A DNA stretch of 32,000 nucleotides from Bifidobacterium longum subsp. longum JCM 1217. Lineage in GTDB: Bacteria > Actinomycetota > Actinomycetes > Actinomycetales > Bifidobacteriaceae. Below are positions 8,054-15,420 of the stretch, one piece after another. The notes beneath the pieces are model-generated. The model saw nothing but the letters and a program-made list of their open reading frames with translations. It was not told the origin of the DNA and ran no database searches. Each line of letters opens with the position of its first letter. Position 1 is the stretch's first letter. Made by a program: the position numbers and the translations under genes. The stretch is from the NCBI RefSeq assembly GCF_000196555.1, contig NC_015067.1, forward strand, positions 1,110,001 through 1,142,000. Reading direction: 5' to 3'.

Positions 8054-8151
8054 GTCATCTCGCACGCGTACGCCCCGTCTCCGACCGGGTAGAAGATGTC
8101 GGGATCCAGCCGCGAGCATGCGGCGCGTCCCCTCCAGTCGGGCCCTTTCAA
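8054..8151 (-). pseudogene. whiB: WhiB-family regulator, N-terminal part (split gene)
   Basis: A TTG start lies 6 nt after GGGAGGGG. It encodes KGPDWRGRAACSRLDPDIFYPVGDGAYACEM, the WhiB N-terminal Cys plus DPxxFFP-type motif. The reading frame then runs into the IS left end. Confidence 0.7.
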
Positions 8152-8152
8152 G

Positions 8153-8350
8153 TCATGCCCCTCCCGGTCGCCGGCGTACGGCCGGTTCGATGAATTCGAG
8201 ACGGGGCACGGGGCCGCGCGTCCTGTCACGGACCATGCGGATCGCCGTGGCGACCGTCCGCCATGGCAGGCCTGTCCTCGCCGCCAGTTCGGTGGCGCTC
8301 ATGCCCGCCCTGTGCGCCTCGGCCAGGCGTTCCGATTGCTCATCGTTCAC
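8153..8350 (-). CDS. small helix-turn-helix protein
   Basis: GTGA overlap with the upstream stop. MSATELAARTGLPWRTVATAIRMV is HTH-like. Confidence 0.5.
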   Translation of the reverse strand: MNDEQSERLAEAHRAGMSATELAARTGLPWRTVATAIRMVRDRTRGPVPRLEFIEPAVRRRPGGA

Positions 8351-8805
8351 GCGATCTCCTCCAACAATGCGGGCGCGGCCTTGGCGCGCGCCGTCCAATC
8401 GTGTATCACCGTGTCCTCGGGCACGCCTTCGACACGCCGGTAGGAGACGGCGAGCCCGCCGTCATGCTCCACGGCGTCCAGGATCACGCCGACGGGAATT
8501 CCGGCCGCAATCAGGATGTCGCATGCGATGCCTTTCAGATCACGGCGCGCGAGATGCCGTACGGCCTGCTCGACCCGCTCCTCGCGGTACAGGCCGAGCA
8601 GGCTCGTGGGATCGGGACCCTCCATCCCGTCGTCACGCTCCCATGAGCCGTCGTTGAGGACGCGCGTGGCGGGCGCGCCCGACACGACGACCACGCAACG
8701 CGACCCGCAGACGAACGCCTCCCTCACGTCCGCCCGGTAGCCGAGACGGTTCAACGCGGGCAGGAGGCTCGCGTAGGAGGCGGACAGTCGTGACGGGCGC
8801 ATCAT
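8347..8805 (-). CDS. hypothetical protein
   Basis: Internal start MMRPSRLS has an ATGA overlap with the upstream stop. The longer track ORF extension is Arg/Gly-rich shadow. Confidence 0.5.
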   Translation of the reverse strand: MMRPSRLSASYASLLPALNRLGYRADVREAFVCGSRCVVVVSGAPATRVLNDGSWERDDGMEGPDPTSLLGLYREERVEQAVRHLARRDLKGIACDILIAAGIPVGVILDAVEHDGGLAVSYRRVEGVPEDTVIHDWTARAKAAPALLEEIA

Positions 8806-9026
8806 CGGCCGTCCTCCCCCATGCGGCGCATGTGGACCGCGCCCCAATGGAAGACCAGCAGCAGGCCGCAGCCGGCGAACAGTACGGACGAGACGGCCAT
8901 GAGCCATCCATGGGTCTGCCACATGAGCATGCCGCCCGCCACGCACAGTATGACGAGCACCAGATTCGCCATGTGTTCGAATTCGCTTTCCAAGGCCGTC
9001 CCCCGTCCCGTATCGCACGTTTCCAT
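8802..9026 (-). CDS. small two-helix membrane protein (start may be 8972)
   Basis: The core sequence is MANLVLVILCVAGGMLMWQTHGWLMAVSSVLFAGCGLLLVF. Confidence 0.45.
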   Translation of the reverse strand: METCDTGRGTALESEFEHMANLVLVILCVAGGMLMWQTHGWLMAVSSVLFAGCGLLLVFHWGAVHMRRMGEDGR

Positions 9027-9047
9027 GCCCCGCGTATGCGTCCCCGG

Positions 9048-9155
9048 TCAGCGCCCGTCCGGCCGTATGCGATCGCCCCGACGGGCGGCCATGCACAGGG
9101 CTGCGGTGAAGAAGCCAAGGATGAAGCCCGCGAACAGGCATATGACGGCGATCAT
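9048..9155 (-). CDS. 35-aa hydrophobic peptide
   Basis: MIAVICLFAGFILGFFTAALCMAARRGDRIRPDGR, with RBS AAAGGA. It is a paralogue of 9624..9734. Confidence 0.4.
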   Translation of the reverse strand: MIAVICLFAGFILGFFTAALCMAARRGDRIRPDGR

Positions 9156-9444
9156 GATGATGTCCTTTCGTTTTCTCCGGATGCGCGTGCCGCTATGCGA
9201 CAAGGCAGGCCCATGCCCTCGGACATGGGAGGGTGTTGTTCCGCTTGATTTTCCTTGCGGAGCCGAGCGACGGCCATGATGCTTCTTGCTTCCGGTGATT
9301 CCGCCGGACAAAAGGAAATCCGTGAACAAGATCGTGGCCTATCGCTGTATCGTTTTTTTGAGGACCGTCGCCCCCTCTTCTGCGACGATCCACCTGTTTC
9401 CGTTGTCTGCTCGGCTGTTTCGGCGGCTTCCGTTCCGCTGAGGT

Positions 9445-9627
9445 TCACTGGTGGAGGAGTTTTTCGAGTTGGATTTCGGCGATGGCGGCGTTCATGTATC
9501 CGCGCGTGTGGAAGTGTTTCGGGTTGAGGCAGCCGATTGTCCATGTGATGCGTCCGGTGGGATTGTCCACGTGGCGTCGTGCCTCCATCGGCCGCCCGCA
9601 GTTGGGGCAGAACCAGTCGTTTTTCAA
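9445..9627 (-). CDS. zinc-ribbon-like protein
   Basis: TTGA start/stop overlap with the upstream peptide gene. Begins MKNDWFCPNCGRPME. Confidence 0.45.
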   Translation of the reverse strand: MKNDWFCPNCGRPMEARRHVDNPTGRITWTIGCLNPKHFHTRGYMNAAIAEIQLEKLLHQ

Positions 9628-9734
9628 TGGTTGTCCTTTCTGTCAGAATCTGAGTGTGATGCCGCCTGGCATAGGGCTGCGGTGAAGAAGCCAAGGATGA
9701 AGCCCGTAAACAGGCAGATGATGGCAATTGGCAT
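9624..9734 (-). CDS. 36-aa hydrophobic peptide
   Basis: MPIAIICLFTGFILGFFTAALCQAASHSDSDRKDNH. The DNA at 9672..9725 repeats 9098..9150. Confidence 0.4.
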   Translation of the reverse strand: MPIAIICLFTGFILGFFTAALCQAASHSDSDRKDNH

Positions 9735-9750
9735 GGTCTTTCCTGTTTCG

Positions 9751-9993
9751 TCAGATGGTTTTTGCGATGAGGCTGATTGAGACGATCAGCACGGCCCAGA
9801 GGATCGCGATGCCGACCGTCCAACGGTTCAGGTTCCTCTCCGCGACCCCGGAGGTGCCCGCGTTGGCGGTCAGGCCGCCGCCGAACATGTCGGACAGACC
9901 CCCGCCCTTGCCCTTGTGCAGGAGGATCAGCAGGGACAGCAGGACGCTCAGGACGGCGACGATGGTTTTCAAGACGATGACGAGAACGGTCAT
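9751..9993 (-). CDS. secG: preprotein translocase subunit SecG homologue
   Basis: MTVLVIVLKTIVAVLSVLLSLLILLHKGKGGGLSDMFGGGLTANAGTSGVAERNLNRWT... carries the diagnostic SecG LLHKGKGGGLSDxFGGG core plus a second TM helix. RBS GAAGGAAC. ATGA overlap with the upstream gene. Confidence 0.8.
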   Translation of the reverse strand: MTVLVIVLKTIVAVLSVLLSLLILLHKGKGGGLSDMFGGGLTANAGTSGVAERNLNRWTVGIAILWAVLIVSISLIAKTI

Positions 9994-10178
9994 GGGGTTC
10001 CTTCGTAATAGAAGACGACGATGATGACGATCAGGGCCGTCAGATACGCGACGGCCCAACGGCGATAGGTGCTGCGATGCTCCGGGTCGTCCGTCCATAC
10101 GCTCATGAGGAGGAACGCGGACGAGGCGATGAGCATCCATAGCAGCATGGCAAGGATCACGGGATGTGTTACCGTCAC
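9990..10178 (-). CDS. small membrane protein
   Basis: GTGA overlap with the upstream stop. Contains MLLWMLIASSAFLLMSVW...YLTALIVIIVVFYY. Confidence 0.45.
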   Translation of the reverse strand: MTVTHPVILAMLLWMLIASSAFLLMSVWTDDPEHRSTYRRWAVAYLTALIVIIVVFYYEGTP

Positions 10179-10387
10179 CCGAACACCATGAGCGTGAGTT
10201 CGCCGAACCCGAGATCCATGCCCGCGGCCAATATCATGGGCAGGATGACGAACACGAATGAGGTGATGCTCCAGGCCGGCCATTCGCGGGCGGCCGGAGT
10301 CGCGGTCTTGCGCAGTTCGTCCACGATCTGCCGGCAATATCGGCCTATCGGCTGAAACGGGTCTGATGCCAACGATTTCCTTTCCAT
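10175..10387 (-). CDS. small membrane protein
   Basis: Start MERKSL has a strong RBS, AGGAGGAAGC. The C-terminal half WSITSFVFVILPMILAAGMDLGF is hydrophobic. Confidence 0.45.
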   Translation of the reverse strand: MERKSLASDPFQPIGRYCRQIVDELRKTATPAAREWPAWSITSFVFVILPMILAAGMDLGFGELTLMVFG

Positions 10388-10405
10388 GCTTCCTCCTATG
10401 CGTCC

Positions 10406-10440
10406 GGAAAACGGAAAAGCCCCTCCCGCGCGGGAGGGGC
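10406..10440 (-). terminator. Rho-independent terminator at the downstream end of the tRNA array
   Basis: GCCCCTCCC-GCGC-GGGAGGGGC is followed on the minus strand by TTTTCCGTTTTCC. Confidence 0.6.
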
Positions 10441-10579
10441 GGAACCGTTCCGGCATGAGGAACGGCGGATGGGCCATGCGAGCAAAGGAATTCTTGTCCC
10501 GCGACCGGCTCATGCCACCGATCGCAGACTATCTCCCGTTCGGGAACCCGGCGTTTCGCATGTGGCCGCCGGGCCCATC

Positions 10580-10649
10580 GTGCTTCGACGGGATTCGAAC
10601 CCGCATCACCCCAAAAACGGGGCATCCTGACCGATTGAACGACGAAGCC
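10580..10649 (-). tRNA. tRNA-like sequence, probable pseudogene (UUU-type loop)
   Basis: Acceptor GGCTTCG/CGAAGCA with a 1-72 G.A mismatch. The T arm GCGGG-TTCGAAT-CCCGT is good. The anticodon arm is CCCC-GTTTTT-GGGG, giving a 6-nt loop (8 nt if opened), and the variable region is only 3 nt. Confidence 0.35.
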
Positions 10650-10910
10650 ATGTTGCGGATACGATGCTGGAGAGGCGGTTCCGTTCAGGCCACTGAGGTG
10701 CAGGCCTGCGCCTTGACCATCGTTCCACTCCGCCCCAATATGGCAGCGGGCGGGTGGCGGCGTTGACATCGTATTCGCAAGTTGGGTGCGGAAGCGGGCG
10801 CTGCAACGGTTACGGGTCCCAGTTATGAAGAGAACCTACCGTGGCATCGTTCCCTTTCCGGCAGACGTTCGAACCGGATCGGGCGGCGTTGACGCCCGTG
10901 TTTCCGCCAG

Positions 10911-10984
10911 TGCTTTCGCCGGGATTCGAACCCGGACCGGACAGTTCCTTGGATTGTCGCCTCTACCGGTTGGGCCACGAAAGC
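10911..10984 (-). tRNA. non-canonical tRNA, anticodon AAG (Leu-type) with C33 and short variable arm
   Basis: Acceptor GCTTTCG/CGAAAGC, discriminator A. T arm CCGGG-TTCGAAT-CCCGG. Anticodon stem ACAAT/ACTGT has one A.C mismatch. Loop is CCAAGGA. The D arm GCCCAACCGGTAGAGGC is shared with 13032..13104. Confidence 0.45.
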
Positions 10985-11402
10985 ATGCGCAGGCAATCCG
11001 CAGGGATATGCCCGCGCAGTCCACTGTGGATCCGGCCACTCGTGCCGAATCCTGCACTCATGCTTGCGGTGGACGCGCATACTGCAACACGAGGCATGAC
11101 AGGGATCACAGGGGCTGAACCCCCATGCTCCACCGAGACCGTTCCCACATCCTGTGGGTCGGCTGACAAGAAACGCGGTCGCCCGCGTTCCAGGAAACCT
11201 TTCCCGCACTGGGCGGATAGGCTTTATCGGATTCGCACCAACCCTTCCGACAGAGAGCTGTTCGCATCATCCACCCATAGGATGATGGGCGCTGACGATA
11301 TTCACGTGTCCGTCGAACAAACGGAGGCGTGAACCATCGGACACGACCCGCATGGTCATGACTGCCCCGCCGGGAACTCCCAACGGGCATGGAATCGTAT
11401 CG

Positions 11403-11474
11403 AGCGGTGTACGGGAATCGAACCCGCATCATCAGTTTGGAAGACTGAAGCACTGACCATTGTGCTAACACCGC
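11403..11474 (-). tRNA. tRNA-Gly (UCC)
   Basis: Acceptor GCGGTGT/ACACCGC, D stem GCAC/GTGC, anticodon stem TCAGT/ACTGA, loop CTTCCAA, T arm GCGGG-TTCGATT-CCCGT. Confidence 0.85.
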
Positions 11475-11513
11475 AAACAGGAATCCGCACACCGTATCAG
11501 AAGCGGATTCCTT

Positions 11514-11588
11514 AGCGGACGCCACGGGATTCGAACCCGGATCTCCACCCACAGGGGGTGGCGTGCTGCCATTACACCAGCGCCCCGC
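11514..11588 (-). tRNA. tRNA-like sequence, probable pseudogene
   Basis: The D and T arms resemble tRNA-Gly at 15227. The acceptor stem pairs over only 5 bp. The anticodon arm is CCACC-CCCTGTG-GGTGG, with C33 and U37. Confidence 0.3.
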
Positions 11589-11859
11589 ACGGGTCATGAA
11601 CTCCGTGCGTTCGCCTAGCCGTGATTCGTCAGGGTTGAGATCGGCTGGAACTCCGTTGCCCGTATCCGTGGAATGCTTTTTCATTCTGCAGATACCCCTT
11701 TCGTCGTGACGGTCAACTGAGACGACGCGCATCGAACGGCAGCACGGTACCGTGCCACCGTGGGTAGGAGCCATTCGCCGGGTCAGCGTCCGGCCCCTCT
11801 TAACCGTCCAATGGTTCTATTTTTTTAGGGTGCCGGAACCATCAAAGATATGGCACTCG

Positions 11860-11933
11860 TGCATTGCGCTGGAATCGAACCAACGACCTTCCCGTTATGA
11901 GCAGGGTGCTCTAACCGACTGAGCTAGCAATGC
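11860..11933 (-). tRNA. tRNA-Met (CAU), elongator-type or Ile2-type
   Basis: Acceptor GCATTGC/GCAATGC, D arm GCTC-AGTCGGTTA-GAGC, loop CTCATAA, T arm GTTGG-TTCGATT-CCAGC. Confidence 0.85.
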
Positions 11934-11937
11934 AAAG

Positions 11938-12010
11938 TGCCCAAGGCCGGAGTCGGACCGGCTGCGCCCGGTTTAGGAAACCGGCGCTCTATCCGTTGAG
12001 CTACAAGGGC
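11938..12010 (-). tRNA. tRNA-Arg (CCU), acceptor stem defective
   Basis: D arm GCTC/GAGC, anticodon stem CCGGT/ACCGG, loop TTCCTAA. The acceptor GCCCTTG/CTTGGGC has two U.U mismatches. The T loop is TCCGACT. Confidence 0.55.
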
Positions 12011-12105
12011 GTTGCCTCGTAATGCACGAACCGTACGAGGCGCGACGGCGTGAGAGAGAAGAGAAGAGAGAATCCGCTCATTATGGTTGACGGAGTTTTC
12101 GTGCG

Positions 12106-12178
12106 TGCCCTCAACGAGAATCGGACTCGTGGCCTTCCGCTCCGGAGGCGGACGCTCTATCCACTGAGCTACAAGGGC
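12106..12178 (-). tRNA. tRNA-Arg (CCG), copy 1
   Basis: Acceptor GCCCTTG/TGAGGGC (two G.U pairs), anticodon stem TCCGC/GCGGA, loop CTCCGGA, T arm ACGAG-TCCGATT-CTCGT. Identical to 13461..13533. Confidence 0.75.
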
Positions 12179-12283
12179 GTGGCGTCGTTTCGCGGCTTGG
12201 GTGACGCCTGACCCTGTATGTCCGGTACAACAAACATCGAATCGAGTGTAGAGGGAAAACCGATTCGACGTGCTGCCGCCAAG

Positions 12284-12354
12284 CTCCTCCTCCTGGATTC
12301 GAACCAGGACCAAAGGTTCCAAAGACCCGTGTGCTGCCGTTACACCAAGGAGGA
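12284..12354 (-). tRNA. tRNA-Gln (UUG)
   Basis: Acceptor TCCTCCT/AGGAGGA, discriminator G, loop CTTTGGA, T arm CCTGG-TTCGAAT-CCAGG. The anticodon stem has one mismatch. Confidence 0.7.
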
Positions 12355-12473
12355 ATGCGCGCGAACGCATCGGACACGTATGCCCGACTGCGTTCCGCCA
12401 TGCCGATCCAACCCGTTTTTTGCCGGCCGGATTCCAGGCCCTATCCCGTGGCCTATCACTGCAGATCGGCTAG

Positions 12474-12559
12474 CGGATGGTGCGAGAGTCGAACTCGCCA
12501 GGGACTTCCGCCCCAACAGTCTTAGCAGGACTGCGCCTTTGCCGCACGGCCCACCATCC
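12474..12559 (-). tRNA. tRNA-Ser (GCU)
   Basis: Acceptor GGATGGT/ACCATCC, anticodon stem CAGTC/GACTG, loop CTGCTAA, long variable arm, T arm GCGAG-TTCGACT-CTCGC. Confidence 0.85.
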
Positions 12560-12640
12560 ATGCCAGTGTTTGCGATTCAGGGGCACACCGGCCAAACCTC
12601 GATAAACCCCTCATGGGAACGATTTTCATGCGGGGGTTCG

Positions 12641-12725
12641 CGGAGTAGGGAGGATTCGAACCTCCGGGGGCTTGCACCCCTGCTGCTTTCGGGACAGTCG
12701 CATTCGACCGCTCTGCCACCACTCC
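12641..12725 (-). tRNA. tRNA-Ser (CGA) with C33
   Basis: Acceptor GGAGTGG/CTACTCC, long variable arm AGGGGTGCAAGCCCCC, T arm GGAGG-TTCGAAT-CCTCC. The anticodon stem ACTGT/GCAGC is weak. Loop is CCCGAAA. Confidence 0.6.
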
Positions 12726-12775
12726 ACCGATCCACACGAAGGAACAAACTGGTCGACGTATTCGTGCGGATCTCG

Positions 12776-12849
12776 TGCTCCCGGTGGGATTCGAACCCAC
12801 GACCATAAGGTTAGAACTCTTCTGCTCTGGTCCGCTGAGCTACGGGAGC
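12776..12849 (-). tRNA. tRNA-Arg (UCU), weak anticodon stem
   Basis: Acceptor GCTCCCG/CGGGAGC, D arm GCTC/GAGC, T arm GTGGG-TTCGAAT-CCCAC, loop GTTCTAA. Only 3 bp form in the anticodon stem. Confidence 0.6.
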
Positions 12850-13031
12850 AAGGTGGATGCCTACTTCGGTTCAGGAAAAGCGACAACCCTTTTCCAAAGG
12901 AGTAATTCGTTTTTTTTGGAATATTGTTGTTACTTAGGCATCCACGTTTTCCGCCTTCTTTTCGCGCGTGGTCTGCGGATACCACCGTATTTGCGATGTT
13001 GCGCTTACGCATGGCCTTGTGCCATGCGTCG

Positions 13032-13104
13032 TGTTCCCGGCAGGCTTCGAACCTGCGCCGAACGCCGTTTAGGGGCGTGCCTCTGCCGGTTGGGCTACGG
13101 GAAC
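13032..13104 (-). tRNA. non-canonical tRNA, anticodon UAA (Leu-type) with C33 and short variable arm
   Basis: Acceptor GTTCCCG/CGGGAAC, discriminator A, anticodon stem ACGCC/GGCGT, loop CCTAAAC, 5-nt variable loop, T arm GCAGG-TTCGAAG-CCTGC. Confidence 0.5.
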
Positions 13105-13334
13105 CTGGCCGACTGTTCCTCACCAAGGTCGACCTTCGTGGCCGATATCAACCTGAGCATCCCGCAAGAGAGAAGGAAATGGGATGCCGGTCATGGGGAA
13201 GAATGCGGGGCGATGGCTCCGGTCGAACAGCCGAAGAGAATAGAACATCCTTCAAACGACGATCGGAACCGGGTGGGACGGTATCATTCGGCTTGACGAA
13301 TCCGTGAGTAGTAAGGAGCCAAACGATACCGTCC

Positions 13335-13409
13335 TGGCGCGTCGGGTGAGTCTCGACCTCACACCCACCGGTTTTGGAGACCGGTACTCTGCCGTTAAGC
13401 TACCGACGC
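13335..13409 (-). tRNA. tRNA-Trp (CCA), CCA end encoded
   Basis: Acceptor GCGTCGG/CCGACGC followed by G-CCA, anticodon stem CCGGT/ACCGG, loop CTCCAAA, T arm GTGAG-GTCGAGA-CTCAC. Confidence 0.8.
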
Positions 13410-13460
13410 ATGTGGAGCAGGAAGCCGAAGATAGGCAGCGGAATAGCTTCCTGCTCCGAG

Positions 13461-13533
13461 TGCCCTCAACGAGAATCGGACTCGTGGCCTTCCGCTCCGG
13501 AGGCGGACGCTCTATCCACTGAGCTACAAGGGC
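13461..13533 (-). tRNA. tRNA-Arg (CCG), copy 2
   Basis: The 73 nt are identical to 12106..12178. Confidence 0.75.
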
Positions 13534-13624
13534 GATGGCACATTTCGTTCCTTTAACGACGTACGCCTGTGCCGGGCCGTGTTCGGCATGGTCCTCATTG
13601 ATGTCGCTCCGGAGACCATCGCTG

Positions 13625-13670
13625 CAAAAAGAGCGTCCTCCCCACCCGTCCTGAATGACGGATGGAGGGA
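13625..13670 (-). terminator. possible internal terminator or processing hairpin in the array
   Basis: An imperfect GC hairpin (CCCTCCATCCGTC...GACGGGTGGGGAGG) is followed on the minus strand by ACGCTCTTTTTGC. Confidence 0.4.
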
Positions 13671-13862
13671 ATCGGGAGACTGGATTGGGTTTTCACCAGC
13701 AACGTCGAGGACAAACGGGAAGGTTCAGATCCCCTCTGGACGTGCCGCATGTTCGGTCGCAAACCACCCTGCCGGGCCATGCTCGCCTTGGGCGTCCCGT
13801 TTTCGATACGCCTGTTCAGCCACTCCCATGAAAACGACTCATTGATCGGATGAACCGTTTCG

Positions 13863-13934
13863 TGCCTCCGTCTGAAATCGAACCAGCATCCACGGTGCTT
13901 CAGACCGTTGCTCTACCGTTTAAGCCACAGAGGC
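13863..13934 (-). tRNA. tRNA-Phe (GAA)
   Basis: Acceptor GCCTCTG/CGGAGGC, anticodon stem ACGGT/ACCGT, loop CTGAAGC, T loop TTCGATT. The T stem has one mismatch. Confidence 0.75.
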
Positions 13935-14098
13935 GCCGTGCGACGGACCGTCATGGGATCTGGGTTACAGGCCCTTCCCCGGTCCGTCGCACCAGTGTGT
14001 TTCCTTCCCCTGTTTCGCGCGCGGCCGGAGGAAGAAGCTGCCGCAGCCTATCTGATAATAGATTGATGCGCTTATGCATGGCGATGTACCAAGCATCG

Positions 14099-14174
14099 TG
14101 CCCCCCGTGGGATTCGAACCCACGACCACAAACGGATTAAAAGTCCGGTATTCTGACCGCTGAACTAGAGGGGC
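14099..14174 (-). tRNA. tRNA-Lys (UUU)
   Basis: Acceptor GCCCCTC/GGGGGGC, D arm GTTC/GAAT, loop CTTTTAA, T arm GTGGG-TTCGAAT-CCCAC. The variable region is unusually long at 8 nt. Confidence 0.75.
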
Positions 14175-14184
14175 TTTTCTGATA

Positions 14185-15075
14185 TCAAGCAACAGGAAGG
14201 AATTTTGAATTGCTTCCAATGCGCTCAGGGAACCTATCGTCGACGTTGAAAATCGAAACCTTGTTTCGAAGATTTCCTGCGGCGATGACCGCATCATTCA
14301 GATCTCGATATTCACCACCGTAGAATGTTTCCCCTTTTCGGGTTACATTGACTTGCCATCTTTTATCTTTGTTGGACCAGCTCACATTGAGATGGCCACT
14401 CCGTGAATTTGTTGTTGTCGAGATATTTTGACGATTTAATTCTTGGGTGCCGAGTCTCAAGTGATTTGGATTCACACATTTACGATTGCGGCAAATGTGA
14501 TCAATGATCAAGTCGTCTGGTATGAAACCATTGGCGATTCGATATGCGAATCGATGAGAACCGTAACGTTGGCCTCCATATCCGAATACTCCGTAGCCGC
14601 ATCTAAGAGAGCCCGTCCATTCCCAACAGCCGTATGTCATCCGCTGGACGTTAGACCAAAATCTGACAGCGTTCTGTCGATCGACTGGCTCATTGATGCT
14701 TTTACGTCCTCCACCTTCTTGAATGGGAAGATGAGGTAATAGATGATCAGGATTGAAACAAAGCGGATTTCCACAGATGTCATCCATCCAGTTGCAATCT
14801 CCCTCATCACCTTTGAATAAACGATAAGCTATCCTTTTCAGAGGAATGGACTCATTGTTTACATAGATGCACAAATCGGCTCGACTGTTGTCTTTCACGA
14901 TTACACACCCGTTATCCAATTGAGTGGTGAGCTCATCGAAGTCCTCCACAGAGAAAGACTTGTGATGTCTGAGTCTATGTATCGGCTTCCCTCGATACCA
15001 CTGCTGATAATGTCCGGTGCAAAATCCTCTTGCGAGAACCTTTTTGGCGCATCCCGGAAAGGTGCATTGTGCCAT
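14185..15075 (-). CDS. HNH homing endonuclease with AP2-type DNA-binding domain
   Basis: Start MAQCTFPGCAKKV with RBS AAGGAGAAAGGA. Two HNH-type motifs are present: CGNPLCFNPDHL and CRNRKCVNPNHL. The C-terminus NVSWSNKDKRWQVNVTRKGETFYGGEYRDLNDAVIAA is AP2-like. The gene is visibly AT-richer than its surroundings. Confidence 0.75.
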   Translation of the reverse strand: MAQCTFPGCAKKVLARGFCTGHYQQWYRGKPIHRLRHHKSFSVEDFDELTTQLDNGCVIVKDNSRADLCIYVNNESIPLKRIAYRLFKGDEGDCNWMDDICGNPLCFNPDHLLPHLPIQEGGGRKSINEPVDRQNAVRFWSNVQRMTYGCWEWTGSLRCGYGVFGYGGQRYGSHRFAYRIANGFIPDDLIIDHICRNRKCVNPNHLRLGTQELNRQNISTTTNSRSGHLNVSWSNKDKRWQVNVTRKGETFYGGEYRDLNDAVIAAGNLRNKVSIFNVDDRFPERIGSNSKFLPVA

Positions 15076-15226
15076 ATATTCCTTTCTCCTTGGGTATAAG
15101 AAAAAGAAAGCATGGAGTGTTTCGTTCCGTTTACGGTGTCCACCCACTTCGAGGTCGTGTTCGTTCATGCGTCTCCGGATTCCTCGGCACGAAAATCAAG
15201 GAATAATAGATATTGCATCCGGATAG

Positions 15227-15298
15227 AGCGGATGACGGGGTTCGAACCCGCGGTCTCCTGCTTGGGAAGCAGGCGTGCTGCCACTGCACCACATCCGC
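15227..15298 (-). tRNA. tRNA-Gly (CCC)
   Basis: Acceptor GCGGATG/CATCCGC, D stem GTGC/GCAC, anticodon stem CCTGC/GCAGG, loop TTCCCAA, T arm GCGGG-TTCGAAC-CCCGT. Confidence 0.85.
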
Positions 15299-15420
15299 GT
15301 CGCGGGGGACGGGCCGGCCGGCCCGCTGTCTCGCGTATTCCATTCCGGGGGCGCGCCGTCTTGACATGACGTCGTCCCTCGGAATGTCCGCGCTTACACG
15401 CGGCGGCATGCCGCGTGTCG

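Noticed and set aside
10660-10905. Two further tRNA-like stretches (GGGGCGGAGTGGAACGATGG... and GGGCG-TCAACGC-CGCCC with CCGGTTCGAAC)
   Set aside because: Acceptor-like or T-loop-like pieces are present, but I could not fold a complete cloverleaf. They are left as probable debris pending software analysis.
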